In this document: positions 59,901 to 64,000 of the stretch, one piece after another
How the letters are laid out: each line of letters begins with the position of its first letter
Numbering within the stretch: the stretch's first letter is position 1
Program-made: the position numbers and the translations under genes
The notes under the pieces: generated by a model
What the model was told of the DNA's origin: nothing
The model's input: the letters and a program-made list of their open reading frames with translations, nothing else
The model's database searches: none
Assembly: GCA_048013815.1 (NCBI GenBank)
Contig: CM106585.1
Location: 13,330,001-13,394,000, forward strand
Length of the DNA stretch: 64,000 nucleotides
Origin: Setoptus koraiensis
Taxonomy: Eukaryota; Animalia; Arthropoda
Reading direction: 5' to 3'

Positions 59901-62882
59901 CGTTGTCGAGGCTGTTGTTTCACCTGTGCCCGCTACCTGTACGCCGCTCAATTGCGTGCTGGTTGCACAAGGCGAGCTTGCCAATAGCATTAAACCACTT
60001 AACTCGGCTTTGGTCGTTGTCGGCGGCCCGGCCGCGGCTAGCGGCAGCTGACCGCGGCGCCCGAACAAACCGGCACAGCGGAAACAGGCGAGACTCAACA
60101 GAAACGGAAAAGACTCAACATAAAACCGAAAAGGCACAACAGAAAGGCAAAAGTCCCAACTAACAAAATGTGTGTACGAGCGCTGCCGGTATGTGGCCGC
60201 TGCCGGCATGTCCGGTCTTTATGTTGGCGGTTAGCGTGGCCAAGCGTCAATACTGACAGCAACGACAACAACATGATGCGATTGTGACATTTGCGCAACT
60301 CTCTTCCTTGACAAGCGACGATGACCAATCTAGAGCTACCACCAACGATGATGCATTAAGTGGCCGCAGCAGCGTCACAGCCACTTATGGGCGATAATCA
60401 TAATCAAGTCGGCCTAATGAGCCAATTGGCATGCGACTCGGCGGGCCGATACTCGGCGACTTGTACGCAACAAGCTGCCTGCGAGCTGTCGGTTATCGGT
60501 TTTGGTCGGCCGCTGGCTGGCTGGCTGGCTGGCTAAATTTGCCAGCTTGCCGCAAACTGGCCAAGCGCGATCGGACGTTGAGCGGCTCGCAAGTGAGAGG
60601 CCCACAGGCTTGCACTGTCACGACAACGGCGGGCTTTTATCGCTAATTATTTCTCGTCGTTTTGTTGGCCAGCTCGCCGGCTAGATCGACGGTCGGGCAG
60701 CGCAGGCACAAATTGCTGGAGCTGCCCATTTGCATGCTATTTGCGCGCCGGCCATCGTTACATATGCGTTCATGTGTGAGTTGACCGGCACACTGGCCAA
60801 TAGCTGGCCCGGCAACACTTGTGGATGTGTCGCATGCCGGTGTGGCCGCTCGGGCCAATTGATCCGCTTTGGCCCGGTCTCGGCCAATCGGGTAGCGGGC
60901 AATCAATGAGTCAATCTAGCTTGAACGTGAACGTTGTCGGTCGGCAATTGATCGGTCAATGTGCAGCGATTCGCGACGGTGCAAGCGTGTCGGTTGCGCA
61001 ACAATTGTCAATTTGGTTTCTTTTAATCATGAGCCGCTCCAGTTACACCTGTAACTGAGGCGAGCTTGCCGACGATATACGCATTTGTATATATATTTAT
61101 ATACGCAGCGTATGGCGAGCGTGTGAAATTTTGGCCAGTCAATATTTTATTTCACCGTTCGGCTGCTCGCTGGCGCTTGTTTGGCTCATTGGCTCATTGG
61201 GTCAGCCGGCGCAGTTAAGCAACGAATAGCAGCATTTGAATAACTAATTGTTGGCTCGAAATTGGCAAGCACACTTGTGCTTGCCATGTAATCTAATAAA
61301 CAGTTGTTGCGATAATGGGCAAGTGCACCACGGCACTTGTGGCTGGCGAGTCGGCTCTCGTTGCCGGAGTGATTCGGCAACAAGAGCAAAAAGAGGAAAC
61401 CAACCGATCGGCCGGCGGTGTAGGCAGACGTCTCTGTTGCCGGCGATACCGGCCCAAAAGTAAGGCAACACTCAAGCCAATAAAAAACACATAGTGAGTG
61501 GGGAAGAGAGAAAAAACAGTTACTTGCAAATGTCGGCGCCGCTAATTTGCATTCGGTGGTGCCGATTGGCGATGTGCGACGCGCCCGATGCCTGCGACCA
61601 AGCTAGTCGGACTAGCTAATTCGCGAGAGCAGTAGTCATAAGTAAGAGAGAATTTTTAATTAGACAACACACCATGTTGAGCCGCTCGAAGAAACCTTGT
61701 TGTCTGGCGGAAGTGGTTAGTCAGCGATATACGGCTAATCGGCCGCTAGTGACTCGTAGGTGAGCGCCAGTGGCCGACTCATTCGTAGGTGAGAGCCGAG
61801 CAAGAGTGGTGACCCAGTCGGGCCAGCCACTCACTTTGTGGCTAACTGTTGCGCTCGGCACCATAGTGGCCGGCGTAATGTGAGCCCACTGTTTGTGCCG
61901 CCAACACCGTTCCAACGGGCCGCTTATCCGAGCCCCGTCCCCATCCCCGCTCTCATGGCACAGAGTGCTTGTCGTAGCCAGATACGACACACGCTGCCTT
62001 GGTGGCCAGATAACGTAGTGTGATAAGTGGCCGGCAGGCAACCAGTGCAACAACAACAGCAAACAATAATAACAACAACAATGGCGATATCAAGCGGCGA
62101 CAAATGAGCAAAAATGAAGAACAGACTCACTCAAAATGATAATTGGCGCGACAAATTACAACCTGGGCGCTATTATAAAATGTGTTCTAACTGGAGCTAC
62201 TGCAACCGCTCACACTGCAACAAGAGTGGCAATAGATTAACAAGCGGCAACAAGTTTGCAAACAACACAAACATACGGTGTGTGTGTGTGTGTGTCAGTT
62301 GACCGAAAGTGGCGAAAGTGGACCAATAAGGGATACAAAGTTGTTATTGGGCGCACTTGTAGCAGCAGTCAGCGACAAATTGATAGGCCAATGGACAAAG
62401 TAACACACAACAGCGACAGAAACAACGTCCGAGCCACTTTGGCCGCCATTGGCCACTCACAACTGGACTGTAAAGTGGCAGCAACAGGTTGTTGCCAGCG
62501 CAACAAAATGCTAATCAGTGTGTGTGTTTCGTCGGATCGGGATTGGTCACACCGCAGACTCGGTGTGTTTCTGCATCTGTTTGTGACTGGTCGACTATTA
62601 TTGTTTACCGTTTGTGGCCTACAAATGGCCGAACAAATGTTAAATAATGCCAACAAACGGCCTAGTCAGCGCACACCGACCGGCAGCATGCATGACACAT
62701 TGACGAGCATTGCCGAGCTTTTGTTACATAATAATGGCGCCGCCGAGGCACCATAATGCACCGCATCATTTGCACAACCGCCAGCGTAATGGCAAATGTG
62801 ATAAAATATGCAATGTAACGCTGCAACGACGGCGCACATTAACATGGCAGTGGGATGGGGCGAGAAGATTATCAGCGATTCG

Positions 62883-63012
62883 CTGTTGTTGTTGTTGTTT
62901 CTGCTGTTGTCGTTGTTGCTGTTGCTGCTGCTGTTGTTGCTGTTGCTGCTGCTGTTGTTGCCGTTGTTGTTGTTGTTGCTGCTGCTGTTGTTGCCGTTGT
63001 TGTTGTTGTTGC
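62883..63012. repeat. Compound (GTT/GCT)n trinucleotide tract
   Basis: About 130 bp of mixed TTG/CTG triplets; it produces the spurious poly-Q/L/C/V ORFs in the track. Confidence 0.9.
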
Positions 63013-64000
63013 AACTTGTTGTGAGTATCGAGTTGACTCTGTAACTGCCCATGTTACGTATGCACTTTGGCTGCTCGCAACTTGAGAGTCACCGCTCACC
63101 GTACAGCATGGCCCACAATGAGCATGGCCAATTGAGCGCGGCGCACACGATAATTGATTGGCTGACAAACGTTTTTAGCAGGCCATAAAGGATAAAAACA
63201 AGCCATTTTGGCCAGCTCATACACAAATGTGAGCGCGCAACTTTTCGCTGGATCGCATCGATGGGCCTCGCCACTCGCAACTCGCCACTCGTAACTCGCA
63301 ACAGTCGGTTGTCAGTTGCGCCAACTGTGTGCTTTTACACAGCTTGTGTGTGTGTGTGCGCAATTGTGCCCCATTGATGCCAAAATGTAATGTAAAATGT
63401 AGATGAGCGCTCACTGCCACCGCAACTGCGATCTCGTACAGGCGATAATGGGAAATTTCCATGACCGCATGACCATGCACACACCGCCTGTGCGCGCCTT
63501 ATTGTGTCCGGTGTTAACCCATTAATGCGTGGCGCCTTGAACATATTTTGCCCATTTGGCACCATTGTTGTGGGCAATGCTGGCCAGTTGGCCAAGTTGG
63601 CCATGTCGCTGCTGTTTTGCTGTTGCAGTGGGCCGCTTGCACAGCGTCGACGCATCACAGCGCCGGCCTGCGCCTTACTTTCAATGTTAGCCGAATGTGC
63701 TTGTATGTGAGTTATACACAAGTGTGTGTGATCGATCATTCCCATCGATTGAATCATCGCTGCGCCTAACTAGCCATGATGCCATAATACTAGCCATAAT
63801 GCCATAATGCTGCCGCTGCCGCCGCCGCCGCAAATAATGAGAACGCATGAGTGTGGCAAGTGGCGACCAGGCGTCTCATGCTACGCGACTCATAGCGGCC
63901 AAGCGGCCCGCACTTTGCGACCACTCGGCTCGCCATGATCTAATCGGTCAGTTCCTGCGATCGGCTGCCGATCCCAATGATCAATTCGGCGGCCGTCGAG

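Noticed and set aside
62666-63168. Poly-Q/N/C/L/V ORFs here and at 1489, 8284, 8665-8945, 10280, 52053 and 54528
   Set aside because: These are translations of trinucleotide microsatellites, open in several frames at once.

Overview
Eukaryotic (arthropod) DNA. The gene content and intron-poor architecture suggest a mite, possibly eriophyoid-like; this is an inference. I see no CRISPR array, rRNA, tRNA or recognisable transposase. The window has three compartments. (1) 1-12 kb is microsatellite-rich and mostly non-coding, with a repeat-free island at 6.4-7.3 kb holding an apparently disabled CSab defensin/toxin-like gene, and a hairpin-rich island at 11.5-12.0 kb. (2) 12.4-36.4 kb is a compact cluster of seven genes: SSR2/TRAP-beta (3 exons, +); a secreted tandem group-7-allergen/TULIP-like protein (2 exons, -); a 1501-aa intronless IR93a-like ionotropic receptor (-); a PRD-class Q50 homeobox gene (3 exons, +); an intronless Fasciclin-2/NCAM (-); a minimal intronless ATAD5/Elg1 (-); and a ~1440-aa orphan whose start resembles GPCR TM6-TM7-helix 8 followed by a huge N/S/Q-rich tail (-, 5' end unresolved). 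(3) 37-64 kb has no credible CDS and is packed with simple repeats, short minisatellites and GGCC palindromes. I cannot demonstrate a new biological system. The best leads are the start-less defensin-like gene, the orphan GPCR-like gene, the oversized IR with an altered gate motif beside a lipid-carrier gene, and the N-terminally stripped ATAD5. All family calls are from motif recognition by eye; no searches were run.
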